From Camelus dromedarius (Eukaryota), in the NCBI RefSeq assembly GCF_036321535.1, contig NC_087436.1, positions 9,982,001 to 10,046,000 of the forward strand: a stretch of DNA of 64,000 nt, in the 5' to 3' direction. The translations under genes and the position numbers were made by a program. Shown here in pieces: positions 1-11,760 of this stretch (within the stretch, counting starts at the first letter, position 1; each line of letters opens with the position of its first letter). The notes under the pieces were generated by a model. It saw only the letters and a list, made by a program, of their open reading frames with translations. It was not told the origin of the DNA and did no database searches.

Positions 1-429
1 GCTCTAGGTTTGAATCTTACCACGTCTTACGGGCATCGGTTTACTCACTTGTAATATCACAAGATAATGTACAAAGAAAAGCATCTGGCAAAAGACTGAA
101 TCAGATACATACGTTAATGCAATATTCCCAAGAGACAGTTTTAATCAACACATCTTTCTCTTCTCTCTCACTTCGGAGTAGATGTTGTAAATGCAAAGTC
201 TGACTTCAGTACGAGACCGCAGAGCTGTGGTTTTGTCTCGAGGGGGTATGTTGTGCCTACCCAGTGAATGCTTATGAGCATAAACGCTGAAGCTTTCACT
301 GGAAGAAGCTGAAGCATCGCACAGAATTTTCTCATTAAGGGCAAACAGTAATCATCTGGATAATTTTATTCTGATCAAGTGTAGACACGTTTAGAAAATG
401 AACAAGGTAATCAGATAGACTGGAACTGG

Positions 430-630
430 CACGAGCCTCAGAATCAAACATGCAATTAAATCTCTGCTTTGCCCTTTATTAGCTCAAGTGAGTTTAGAAT
501 GCTGTTTAATCTGAGCCTCAGTTTCCTTGTGTGTGAAATGAGGGTAAAAGAGGCTACTTGGAAGATATTTCTTGAAGATCAAATGAGGTAACATATATCC
601 AATTTCTAGTACAGAGCAGGTTCTCAAATA
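430..630 (+). mobile_element. MIR SINE relic
   Basis: MIR core-like CTGAGCCTCAGTTTCCTTGTGTGTGAAATGAGG...AAATGAGGTAA. Confidence 0.65.
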
Positions 631-909
631 TTATCTCTCTTCCAACCTTCTATACTTTTTCTCCCCTTTAGAAATTATTGTGAAAATGAAATAAGATTTT
701 GATGATAATTCAAGTGCTTCTTATATCAGTTTTCCTTATATTTTAAAGTTAGGAGACAGAACATTGTAAAATGATTATAACTCAATAAAAAATGTTAAAA
801 AATAATAATAAAATAAAGTTAGGAAAGGCAGCTCACAAAATGAGAGAAGATATTTGCAATGCATGAACCTGATAAAGGACTAGTACCCAGAATATGTAAA
901 GAACTCTTA

Positions 910-3900
910 TACCTCTCTTCCTTAATTTGTGTGTTACTTGGCATTATGTTGCTTAATCTCTAAGTATTTGGGGATTTTTGAACTATGTTTCTTTTATTGA
1001 CTTCTAGCTGAATTCCGTTTTGGTCTCAGAGCAGACATTGAATGATTTCTGTTGCTTTAAATTTGTTAAGGTTTCTTTTTCCCTCCATGGCTCAGAATGT
1101 GGTCTATCATGGTGAATGTTCCATGTGAGCTTGAAAAGAATGTGTAGTCTGCTGTTGTTGGATCAAGTAGGCAATAGGTGTCAATTTAATCCAGTTGATT
1201 GATGGTGCTGTTGAATTCTCCTATGTCCTTACCGATTTTTTGCTTACTGTTTCTGTCCATTCCTAATAGAAGAATCTTGAAGTATCCAACTATAATAACG
1301 GATTTATTTCTTTCTCCTTGTAGTTCTATACATTTTTGCTTCACATATTTTGTTAAGTGTGTACACATTAAAAATTGATATATCTTCTTAGAGATATTGT
1401 TTATGTAATAATACATATTACATAATTATTATTATGTAATAACCCCTCTATTATTATGTAATGCCTCCTTTGCCCTCATAACTGTCCTTGCTCTGATGTC
1501 TTCTCTGTCTGAAATTAATATAGTTAAGACTGCTTTATTTCTATTAGTGTTAGCATGATGTGTTACATTTCTCCATCTCTTGCCTTTTGCCACTTTTTAT
1601 TTTATTTATCAAATTTTTGATTTGCTTTTTATGTGATAAAATAGACATAATAGAAAATTTACTATCTTAACCATCTTATATGTGTGCAGTTCAATGAAAC
1701 CATCACCACCATCTGCAAAACACTCCTCATCTTGTGAAACTGAAAATCTATACCAATTAAACAGTAATTTTCAATTGTCTCCTCCTCCAGCCCAGGCAAC
1801 CACCACTCTCCTTTCTTTCTCTATGATTTTGACTAACTACTCTAAGTAGCTCATATAAGTGGAATCACATAGTATTTGTGTTTTTATGACTGGTTTATTT
1901 CACTTAGCATAATGTCCTCAAAGTTCATACATGTTGTAGCATATGTCAGAATCCCTTTCCTTTATAAGGCTGAATAATAATTCATTGTCTGTATATACCA
2001 CATTTTGCTTATCTGTCTGTCATAAAACACTTGGGTGGCTTCCAAGTTTTAGCTATTGTGAATAATGCTGCTATGAACATAAGAGTACAAATATTTCTTT
2101 CAGACCCTGCTTTCAATGTTTTTGAGTATATACTCACTAGTGGAATACTAGATCATATGGTAATTTTATTTTTAATTTTTTTAGGAACCATCACATTGTT
2201 TTCCACAGCAGCTATACCAGTTTATATTCCCACCATCAGTGCAAAAGGGCTCCAATTTCTTCACATGCTTGCCAAAACATTATTATTTTTATTATCTTAT
2301 AGTTGCCATCCTAATGATCTGAGGTGGTTTTATTGTAAATTTGATTTGCATTTCTCTTGTGATTAGTAATGTTAAGCATTTCTTCATGTGTTTATTGGTA
2401 TATTTTTGGTGATTGGTATTTTCTCTTTGGAGAAATATCTATTTAAGTCTCTTGCCCAGTTTTAATTGTTTTTTCCTAAACATCCATTTGCTTTTAATCT
2501 AAATGTATCTTCTATTTAAAATTGGTTTCCTGTAGGCAACATAAAGTTGAGTCTTTTTTCTTTTTTGATCTGTTCTGACAATCTCTTTCCTTTAATGAGT
2601 GTTTTTAGACCATTGGCATTTAAAGTAACTATAATATAATTAATATCCACCATATTTTTTTTTTTTTTACTGTTTTCTAGTTGTTGCTCTTGTTCTTTGT
2701 TTCTGTTTTACTCTCCCACTTTTTTTTTTTTTTATTGCCATTTATGGCTTTGATGGAGGGAGCATTTTATATGACTCCATTTTCTCTCTTTTCTTAACAC
2801 ATTAATTATACTACTTTTTAAAGACTTTTTTTAAATGACTGCCCTAGAGTTTGTAGCATACATTTACAACTAATCCAAGTCCACACTCAAATAACACTAT
2901 ACCACTTCATAAGTAGGACAAGTACCCTGTAATAACGAAATAACCCTAATTTCGCCCTCTTGCCCCTTGTAACATTGCTGTCGTTCATTCTGCATGTACA
3001 TATATATGTTTATGCATAAGCATCTTTTATCAATATACATTCAATTACGTATATTTACATACAAACGTAAAATGACTGCAGCCGTGTATTTAATTATGCA
3101 CGTTTATGTAAATATATACATTTTTGCTATTGTGTTTTGCTATTACTATTTTGAACAAACTGTTGTTTGTTAGCTCAATTAAGAATGATAAAAAGAAAAG
3201 TTTTAATGTTATGTTCACTTATTCCTTCTCTGATGCTCTTCCTTTCCTTATGTAGACTTGAGTTTATGACCTGTGACATTTTTCTTCTCATTGAATAACT
3301 TCTTTAAATTTGAATATGATGTACCTCGACATAGTTTTCTATGTGTGTTTCCTTGGTGTTTATCCTCCTTGGTGTTCTTTGAGCTTCCTGGATCTGTGGT
3401 TTGGTGCCTGACATTAATTTGGGGAAACTGTCCCTCATTATTGCTTCAAATATTTCTTCTGTTCCTTTCTCTTTTTATTCTCTGTTTGGTATTCCCATTA
3501 CACATAGGTTATACCTTTTCTGGTTGTCCCACAGTTCCTGGATATTCTGTTCTGTTTTCTTTCTCAGTCTTTTTTTCTCTTTGCTTTTTAATTCTGGACA
3601 TTTCTATTGATATATTCTCGTCTCAGAAATGCTCTCCTCAGCTGTGCCCAGTCTAGCAATGAGCCCTTTAAAGTCATTCTTCCTTTCTGTTATAGTGTTT
3701 TTGCTCTCTAGCTTTTCTTTTATATTCTTTCTTATAATTTCCATCTCTCTGCTTACATTGTCCATCCATTCTTGCATGACATCTGCTTTTTCTTTAGAGT
3801 CCTTAGAATATTCAGCATAGTTACTTTGAATTGCCAGTGTGAGAATTACAACGTTCCTGCCATGTCTGAGTCTGGTTCTGTTGCTCGCTCTCTCTCTTCA

Positions 3901-4700
3901 AACTGTGTTTTTTGATTATGAGTATGCCTTGTAATTTCTTCTTGATAGCTGGACATGATGGGTAAAAGGGACTGTGGTAAACAGGTATTTAGTGATGTGG
4001 CAAAGTATGAGGGAGGGGATGCTTCTACCCCAGTAGAAGATCAGGTCTCAGTCTTTGAGCCTCTGAACTCTGAACTTAGCATGGGCTTCTCAATTTGTTC
4101 TCCCCACCTTAGGTGGGAAAGGGTGGTTACATTTGGTTGGAGCTGATATTTTCCTTCTCTGTAGAGAAGGGGTGGCTGGAGTTGTGTGTTTCCTTCCCCC
4201 CAGCTCAGTTAGGCTGATAAAAATTCAGCAGGTTAAGCTATGATAAAATAATTCCCCTCAAGGGCAGATCTTGTTATAAAGCACAGGATGCTCTGGCATA
4301 GCTTTAAATGGTTTCTTTCCCCTTCCTCCAGCCAGAAGCACAAGAGAGTTTTTCTCCAGTGTTCACTGTGAAAATGTGGTTGAGCTCCTGGAGGTAAATG
4401 ACACAAAGTGTGCCCCCCACCATGACTGGGTGCCCTTGGAGCTTTTAACCCTCACACTTGTCCATTCTAAGCCTCCACAGATTCGCAATTATAGTTCAAG
4501 TTCGTCTGCCCCAGCCCTGATTCCAGTGGAAGTTTCTGCTCCAGCAGGTTGTGATTCTCTGTATCTTCTTGTGTCTCCAGTTTGGGGCCAGCAGTTTGCT
4601 CAGTGACCTCACTTCTCTGATGGATCTAAGGAGAGTTGTTGGTTTTCACTTTGTTCTGTTGTTTACTTGTTAGGACAAGGTGACAACTTTCAAGCTCCTT
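910..4700 (-). mobile_element. Old L1 (L1MC/L1MD-like) ORF2-5'/ORF1/5' region, interrupted by a second L1 3' end at ~1610-2470
   Basis: ORF 1186-1416 (-) gives endonuclease-like LQGERNKSVIIVGYF...KIGKDIGEFNSTINQLD; 1610-2470 carries L1 3' motifs (GCTATTGTGAATAATGCTGCTATGAACAT). Confidence 0.75.
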
Positions 4701-4734
4701 ACTTGTCAGAATTTGGGGTTTCCTTTTGAAGTGA

Positions 4735-4860
4735 TGAAAATCTCTGGAATCATAGAGTGATGTTGATTGCACAACTCTATGAATATACAGAAAGCCACTG
4801 GAAAACACTTTTAAAAAGTGGATTTTATGGTATGTCAATTATATCTCAATAAAACAATAA
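4735..4860 (+). mobile_element. L1 3' terminal fragment
   Basis: GATTGCACAACTCTATGAATATAC...TATGTCAATTATATCTCAATAAA. Confidence 0.7.
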
Positions 4861-5323
4861 AGGAAAAGATTCACCAGAAATCCAAATGACCCTCACAATT
4901 TTCATTCCTGACGCCAAAGCAAACAAAACCTTAGGCAACCTTTTACTTTTGACGAAGGTAGTCCTGTAATAAAATAGACTTGTTGTTGTTTTTAAAATAT
5001 GTCAAAAAGCACAGCTGATAATGGAATGCTGAGAAGTGAAGGGGTAGTTGGGTAATTCCGTCAATAAACTTTGCTTTGGTATGTTTTTTGGCTTAATGAA
5101 ATACTGTTCATCCTTGGTCAGCAATTTTAACAGATAGTCCTTTGTCTTCTCTCCCAGGCAGGATTCCAGATTTAGAAGTCAGGTAGGCAGCAGTCCTTGT
5201 TCTAAGAGTATCCAGATATGGTCCCCCAGCCTGTGGGCTAGAGTGTGGGGCCAGGTAGGGTAATGCTTCAGGCTCCAAGGAGGAAGGTTGGCAGAAATTA
5301 GTCAAGTTTCAATCTTACCTACC

Positions 5324-5985
5324 TGAGACATGAAGGAAGGTGGCAGGGCACAGCCATTAAAGAAATGACACAGCAATTAGCATCAAGATGGTGAAAAAGT
5401 CAACTCCCAGTAGACCTTGAGACCCAAGATGGCAGGAGATTTGACTTCTAGTAGACCTTGAGCTTCATTTTACACTCATTGTGGTGCCTTAGTGTGTTAA
5501 ATGATACTCTCACAGGTGCCATGACAGTTCCAAGACTAACTATAAAAGGTCAGAAAGTGGGTGGTGGCCCAATTCCTGGGAATTCCCATCCCTTCTCCAA
5601 AGTAGTTGGGATAATCATCCTACTCATTAGCATATGTAGTTACCAAGCCCATAAAAACTAACAACCCCACACCTCATGGTTGCTTTCTCTCTTGCCTTCT
5701 GAGACAGCCCACACTCCATCTATAGAGTGTGTATCTACTTTTACTTTAAACTAAACACCCAACCCCACACCTCTTGGCCTTTCTCTTGCCTTCTGAGATG
5801 GCCTGCACTCTGTCTATGGAGTGTACATCTCTCTGAAAGAAATCTACCTTTACTCAACTATGACTCACTCTTTAATTCCTTCCTACACAAAGCCAAGGGC
5901 CCTCACTTGGCAGGGCATGTCCCAGGGACTCCACTGAGATCTGGGGCACGGCCATCCTCTCACCCCTTTATTTTTGCCTGTATCA
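5324..5985 (+). mobile_element. Solo ERV1-class LTR, MER41-like
   Basis: TG...CA termini, 4-bp TSD TACC (5320-5323, 5986-5989); motifs GCCATGACAGTT and CTCTGTCTATGGAGT recall the MER41 consensus. Confidence 0.8.
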
Positions 5986-8294
5986 TACCTATTGGGAAAA
6001 TGATCCTAGAAGATGACTCAAGCATTGGCTGGAAGACTAGAAAGACTAGGAATTGTATAAACCAGGGCAGAGGAGATAGAGACCTGGAGAACAGGAAAGC
6101 AGATCTGCACTGAGAGCCCTTGGATGGGACAGATCATGTCTCAGTTCTGCAACTGTGCCTGAATCACCATGATTAGGAATTTGTGTTTGATCTCAGATGC
6201 TATCTAGGTGATAATTGTTATTAGAAATCAAGAAATAAAGGAGCAATGAAAATATTGCTATGTAATATAATTATATAATATATAATTATAATTATATATT
6301 ATGTAATTGTAGAATTATAGTTTTCTAAAAAATATACATATATATTAATATCTATTCAATGTGTTGCATATGTACACACACACACACATACACAGATATA
6401 TTAATAAAGGAAACATTAAACGAAAGAAATTTGGGAAATCCTATTAATTTGCCCTAGAAAGCTCTATGCTCTCATTTTCATGAGTTCTGACTCTTAAGTC
6501 AAACGTGTTGTTTGATGGACCATGGGAGTAAGTTGATGAAAAACATACAAAGACTATGAAAGATTTCATGTCTCACTGAGAAACTACATTCCAGAAGAAG
6601 CCTTGATTGCTGAGAAAAGGAATCCTGGCTGTGAGGAAAGACTTGGTAGTGCCCACAAACTCACTGAATGAGGCCAGAGTTGTCCCTGGAACCCCAGCTT
6701 AAATTTGCCTCTTTCTACCACTTGTACTGTTTGTGGAGAAATACTTGCATTGTCAAAATACACATTATTCTGCAGTCAGATTTTGAAGTTGTAGTCTAAT
6801 GTGCATGTCTGTATCCTTGGAAATCTGTGGACTAGAGGAAGGGATAAGAATATGCAGTTAATGGTACAGAAATAAAGGTGATATGAATAAGCAAATTCTA
6901 TTTTAAGTGGAATCCCATAACTGAGAAGGGAATTATGGGTATGAATAATTATCACCCCCGTTGTGTGTCAACTTTTCCACTAGACTCCTTTCTGCAGCTA
7001 AAATTAGAAGGTGAATGGTATTGTTACTCCCTAATGTAACTTGTAACGAGAGAAAGATAATTTCCTAAAACTATCACAGGTTCAGCACACTGATCAGTTT
7101 CACAGCACTGGGCAGAGATTGGTTTGGTCCCTGCCCACTGTTACTCTGGGTGGGGCTCAGATTTTTCACCTTGAGCTTCAACTGCCTCTCCTGCGAAGTG
7201 GTCACATCAGCCACACATCCTCACAGGTACTTAAGCACCTGACATAGTACTCGCACGTGCTAAGTGTATATGAATTCTGGCTATTATCATTTTATTCTAA
7301 ATTTATATAAGCTGCATTATAATCATGCTCATGTACTAAATCAGCAATTGGTTTTTGTTCTTGAGTTTAAGAAAACCCAATGATTTGTTGGTATTTAACA
7401 TGCACATTTATCTCTTCTTGAATCCCAATGGATCTGTTGTCGACCTGAGATTTTACAACTAGTTCACCCACTGTTTGGGGATAAAAGAGAAGAATTTGAT
7501 ACTCAGCTCATTATTTATGAAGAGCTAAGGAATCAGCCTGCACGGCTGAATGAGGTTCCTAGAAGTGACATCTCAGAAAATGTGCTGACAAAAAATCACC
7601 TGCGTATTAAAGCTGTTCTCCAGCAGTGGTTTGTTTCCATAGCACCTAAGTAGAGAAAGACAAAATTCCCCATTAGTCCTCCAAAGCAGAAAATACCAGG
7701 GAGTTTTAAAACTACTGGTTTTAGTTAAGGAAAGATGATTTCATTTTCCCATACACATTAGAAGTTGGTTTTAGAACTATTTTTCTATGTTCAGTTAACT
7801 CAAAGTCATTCTTAATGCTACAATTTGAATTCATATTAACATTGAACATATAAGACTGACTTACAAGACTAACCGTGTAAGTTTCTAAAATCAAAGTGTC
7901 ATTTTGCTTAATTTAGAAAAGAAAATAACATAATAAAAGGGAAAATACTGCCTTGGTTAAGACGAACTGAGGAGGAGGTGTCCAAGAAGATTTCAGGAAG
8001 TCAGTATGATTATCAACGAGAAGGAAGGATTTTGATCATTATTGATTCAACCAATTATTTTAGAAATTAAAAAGAAAAAACTGCTAAGTACTTGGCACTG
8101 TGCTAAATGCACTGGGACACAGTCACATAAAACAGCCTGCCTTCTCGAAGCTTCAGGAAGCATGGGAGGGAGACTGGACCACCAAGAGTTAATACCACAG
8201 GGTAGAAAACCACTCATCAGCAGGCAGCTGGAGGATGCTGTGGACCGTCATGGGAGGGAAGACAAAGGACTGAAACAGGGAAAAAAGGAGACTA

Positions 8295-9588
8295 CTCAGA
8301 AAAAGCAGAAACAATTTTATTAAAGAAAATGTCTGCTCTTCTAAAAGCAAACACGTTTAATACTTTGTCTGTATGATACATCAAAGATATATCTTGTTCT
8401 TTAAAGTATCTTCCCTCCCAGTGATTCCGAGGCTCCATCATGATTACAGGGTACGTGAAATTCAGCACATTAACGTGACGCGACCCCTCAGTCCTCTGTA
8501 TAATGCATGATTGGTTAGACTCCACGAAGCACACAGTTTGCACAAGTTAACACGGGCTACGTGAAGCGTCCTCAGTTTTCAGGTATTTACCCCTGCTGGC
8601 CAAAGTGGACGTTCGTTCAACATTGTACCTTGGTGTCCTCTGAAAGAATGGACATGAAAGTCAAATATGACTTAGTATATAGGCACTCATGTATGGAAAA
8701 TACACTCTGTGGTTTTATATATACATAGAGTAAGCTGGAAATAAATGCCTTTGAATTACATGTATGTTTATGCTAGAAAGGTTGACAAACACCAAATAGT
8801 CTGTGAAAAATGGAAGGCCTCTTGACCATCAATTCAAATAAAAACAATTCAACTACTTGCAGCAACACTAATTTCCTTGTTAAACTACCCTGAAATCCTT
8901 TGGTTGTCAGGTACCAAAATAGTTCTGAAGTTAGGGAATTCCTTTCCCACTTAATTCTTGTGGGTAGCCCAATTCCCCATGATATTTTCACAGCCGAAAA
9001 GTATTTTTAAATGCACTTTTTAAAATCTTAAGTGATAATCAATTAGGAACAAATTAAATGCTGTCTTTAAAAAAAATGCAAATCCCTTTTGAATGACTTC
9101 AGGCTATGTATACAAGACAGACTCTCAACTCACATCCTGATGCTGCTTTTGCATGCTATCACCTCTGTAACACACTAAAAGGATGCATATCACCACCAGG
9201 ACTGCCCAATCCACCGACAATCTCATCCAAACAGGACAGCCCCATTGAACGAGAGCATAAGGTGCCGTGTTTCTAAAGTCAGTTAAAAGCAGTCCTTTAA
9301 AGAAATTTCATTCTAATAAATACAATATAAAAGCCTTTATATTATATCCATAAGTTTACAAAAAGAGCACTTCAAGGATGTCTGGCCAATACTATTGCCA
9401 GAAGATTCCAAAGCCCATATGTTTTGTTCCAAATATAATCATGACAGCTACTACAAAAGCAGTAAAAAGCAAGACGAGAAAATCTTCCTTCCATGATGTC
9501 AGTCCCATCCCCTCGGAGAACAAGTCCTGAAAGTACGTTGTGCTTGTTTTCAAGCAGATGTCATCTGGGACCACCTGCTACCGTGGTC
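8295..9588 (-). other. NPY1R: NPY1R 3'UTR (approximate 3' end)
   Basis: AT-rich unique sequence after the stop; AATAAA on the - strand at 8321-8316 followed by a T-rich downstream element. Confidence 0.6.
8316..8321 (-). terminator. Probable NPY1R polyadenylation signal AATAAA
   Basis: tttatt on + at 8316-8321; downstream on - is TTGTTTCTGCTTTTTCTG...CCTTTTTT. Confidence 0.55.
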
Positions 9589-10041
9589 TCAGATTTTTTC
9601 ATTCTCATCACTGCTGATCTTTTTAAGTGCGACGGGGCTTGCTTGCTTCAGAGAAGTCTTAGACACGTCCGTGTGCATGGTGGACATGGCTATTGTCTCA
9701 TAGTCATCATCCCGAGACCGGAAATCACAAAAGTTGAAGAAGAACTGCAAGTCTCTCTGGAAGTTTTTGTTCAGGAAGCCATAAAATATGGGGTTGACAC
9801 AGGTGGAGATCATGGCTGTGAGGTGGCAGAGCAGGAATAAGAGATTATGGTTGCAGGTGGCAATGATCTGGTGATTCCAATCAAACACAGTGTTGAAGAT
9901 GGTGAGCGGTAACCAGCAGACCGCAAACGCCACCACGATGGACAGCAACATGATGTTGATTCTTTTGGTTTCACTGGACCTGTACTTATTGTCTCTCATC
10001 TTATCCATCATGTGGTTCCTTCTTTTTAAGCGTATGTATAT
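9589..10041 (-). CDS. NPY1R: Neuropeptide Y receptor Y1, second coding exon (TM6-TM7, C-tail); spliced protein 383 aa
   Basis: Acceptor TTCTTCCTCTCTGTAG|ATATAC; reads IYIRLKRRNHMMDKMRDNKYRSSETKRINIMLL...CWLPLTIFN...CVNPIFYGFLNKNFQRDL...NEKI-stop. Confidence 0.98.
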   Translation of the reverse strand: MYIRLKRRNHMMDKMRDNKYRSSETKRINIMLLSIVVAFAVCWLPLTIFNTVFDWNHQIIATCNHNLLFLLCHLTAMISTCVNPIFYGFLNKNFQRDLQFFFNFCDFRSRDDDYETIAMSTMHTDVSKTSLKQASPVALKKISSDENEKI

Positions 10042-10330
10042 CTACAGAGAGGAAGAACATAAAAAATAAAGGACTGAGTTCAAATAGAACCACTGGGGGA
10101 AGGGTATAGCTCAAGTGGTAAAGCACATGCTCAGCATGCGCAAGGTCCTGGATTCAATCCCCAGAACTTCCTCCAAAAATAAACAAACCTAATTACCTCC
10201 CCCAACACCAAAATTTTAAAAAATTAAATAATACGATATTAAAAAAAAAAAAATAGAACCACTCATTGAATGAGTCATTCTGTAGATAAAAGGTAGGAAT
10301 GGAGATGGTAGGGGGAAAACGTTTTCTTAC
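10042..10330 (-). other. NPY1R: NPY1R coding-region intron (289 nt, GT-AG), enlarged by a SINE
   Basis: GTAAGA...TGTAG boundaries restore a continuous Y1 reading frame. Confidence 0.96.
10095..10250 (+). mobile_element. tRNA-derived SINE (camelid vic-1-like) in the NPY1R intron
   Basis: GGGGAAGGGTATAGCTCAAGTGG (A box)...GGATTCAATCCC (B box), A-rich tail, perfect 13-bp TSD AAATAGAACCACT at 10082-10094 and 10251-10263. Confidence 0.92.
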
Positions 10331-11029
10331 CTTGAAGTAGCAAATAAATATAAAACAGAGTGGGCCAAAATACTGCAGCACCAAGAGAAGGGTGGTGTAA
10401 GACAACCGATGAGAGTCCGACGGAAACTGATCAAAGCAGACGTATTTGTCCTTGAACGCATCGAGCGTCACGTTCTGGAAAGGCTCATCCGTCAGCACTT
10501 GGTAGATCAGGAAGGGCAGGGAGGACGCCACAGCGAGGACCCAAATGACAGCGATCCCCACGTAAGCATGCCTGTTACTGGGTCTCCAGCCCCGAGGGTT
10601 GATGATCAGCTGATGCCGCTCCACGGCAATGAGAACCAGCGAGAAGATGGACACGGTGACGGAGACGCACTGCACAAAAGGGTTCAGCTTGCACATCGCC
10701 TCCCCGAAAACCCAGTGGTCCATCAGCGTGTAGACGAACGTGAAGGGGAGACACATGATGGCCACAAGCAAGTCTGAGAAGGAAAGGTTCACGATCAGGA
10801 TGTTGGTGACGTTCCGCATCTCCTTTTGCTTCAAAATGATGATGATCAAGGCCAGGTTTCCAGACACCCCCAGAATGATCACAGCCCCGTAAGCAAGGGC
10901 CAGCGTGAAGATCATGGCCAGAGGCAGATGGCAATCGTCATTTTCAAACGCCAAAAACTGGGAATTCTTCACTGAAAAATTATAGTAGATGGAATGATTT
11001 TCAGCCCGGGAGAACAATGTTGAATTCAT
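10331..11029 (-). CDS. NPY1R: Neuropeptide Y receptor Y1, first coding exon (codons 1-233, TM1-TM5)
   Basis: Translation MNSTLFSRAENHS...GNLALIIIILKQKEMRNVTNILIVNLSFSD...AVERHQLIINPRGW...CFIFICYFK is class A GPCR Y1; it ends at the phase-0 donor AAG|GTAAGA (GT at 10330-10329). Confidence 0.98.
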
Positions 11030-11180
11030 TTTGATTGGGTTGGCTGTTATGGATGACTTCAGACAAACAAACAGTACGTTTCCTCAGAGCAGGTCAAATA
11101 TTCAACTGATTCTCATTCTCCATATGGGAGTCCGTTTCTCAAAATTATTCTGAATTCTTCATTTCCTCGAACTGAACAAT
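11030..11180 (-). other. NPY1R: NPY1R 5'UTR part of exon 2
   Basis: Acceptor TTTTCTCTTTACAG|ATTGTTCAGTTC at 11181/11180; resembles the mammalian Y1 5'UTR; AAAATG start context. Confidence 0.8.
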
Positions 11181-11510
11181 CTGTAAAGAGAAAATGACCA
11201 ACTGCATTAGCAATGTGACTGAAGGCACTCAAAATGAATTCTGACTCACAGTATGGCTTCAAGTGAAGACACTGAAATACATAAGCAAAATGTATTCCAT
11301 ATAAACAACTTTTTAAAATAGCAGAAACAGTGCAAACATTTTGAAGAAAATTCCAGTAACACTTTTAACTGGACTTGAAATTTTAATTGGACTTGCATGA
11401 AACACAGTGGGTTTCAGCAAAATGTAGTGGTCTGGACATTTGTAAGATATGGGTAAATCTCACAGCCAAAATCTTACATAAGCGACTATCAGCACATTCC
11501 TAAACACTGT

Positions 11511-11760
11511 AAAGGGGAAAGGGTAGGGAGGGATAAATTAGTGGTTGGGGATTAACAGACACACATTGCTACATATAAAAAAGAAAAACAACAAGGACCT
11601 GCTGTATAAAACAGGGAACTATGTTCAATTACTTGTAATATCATATAATGGAAAAGAATCTGAAAAGAAAAAAATATATATGTGTACATGTGTAACTGTA
11701 TCACTTTGCTGTACATCTGAAACTAACACTGTAAAATCAACTACACTTCAATAAAATTTT
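11511..11760 (+). mobile_element. 5'-truncated laurasiatherian-type L1 3' end
   Basis: GGGATAAATTAG...ACAACAAGGACCTGCTGTATAAAACAGGGAACTAT...CAACTACACTTCAATAAA. Confidence 0.85.

Noticed and set aside
2031..3820. Hydrophobic membrane-protein-like ORFs
   Set aside because: Antisense translations of T-rich L1 relics
10197..10279. Cassette exon inside the NPY1R intron using the CTACAG acceptor at 10280
   Set aside because: The upstream intron would be only 51 nt, below the usual mammalian minimum
9493..10934. Antisense or alternate-frame ORFs over NPY1R (also 36800-37273 over NPY5R)
   Set aside because: Shadow ORFs of GC3-rich coding sequence with no independent support
10193..11029. 278-aa ORF and the 140-aa ORF at 9589-10011 as separate genes or a broken pseudogene
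   Set aside because: They are two exons of intact NPY1R joined by a canonical phase-0 intron
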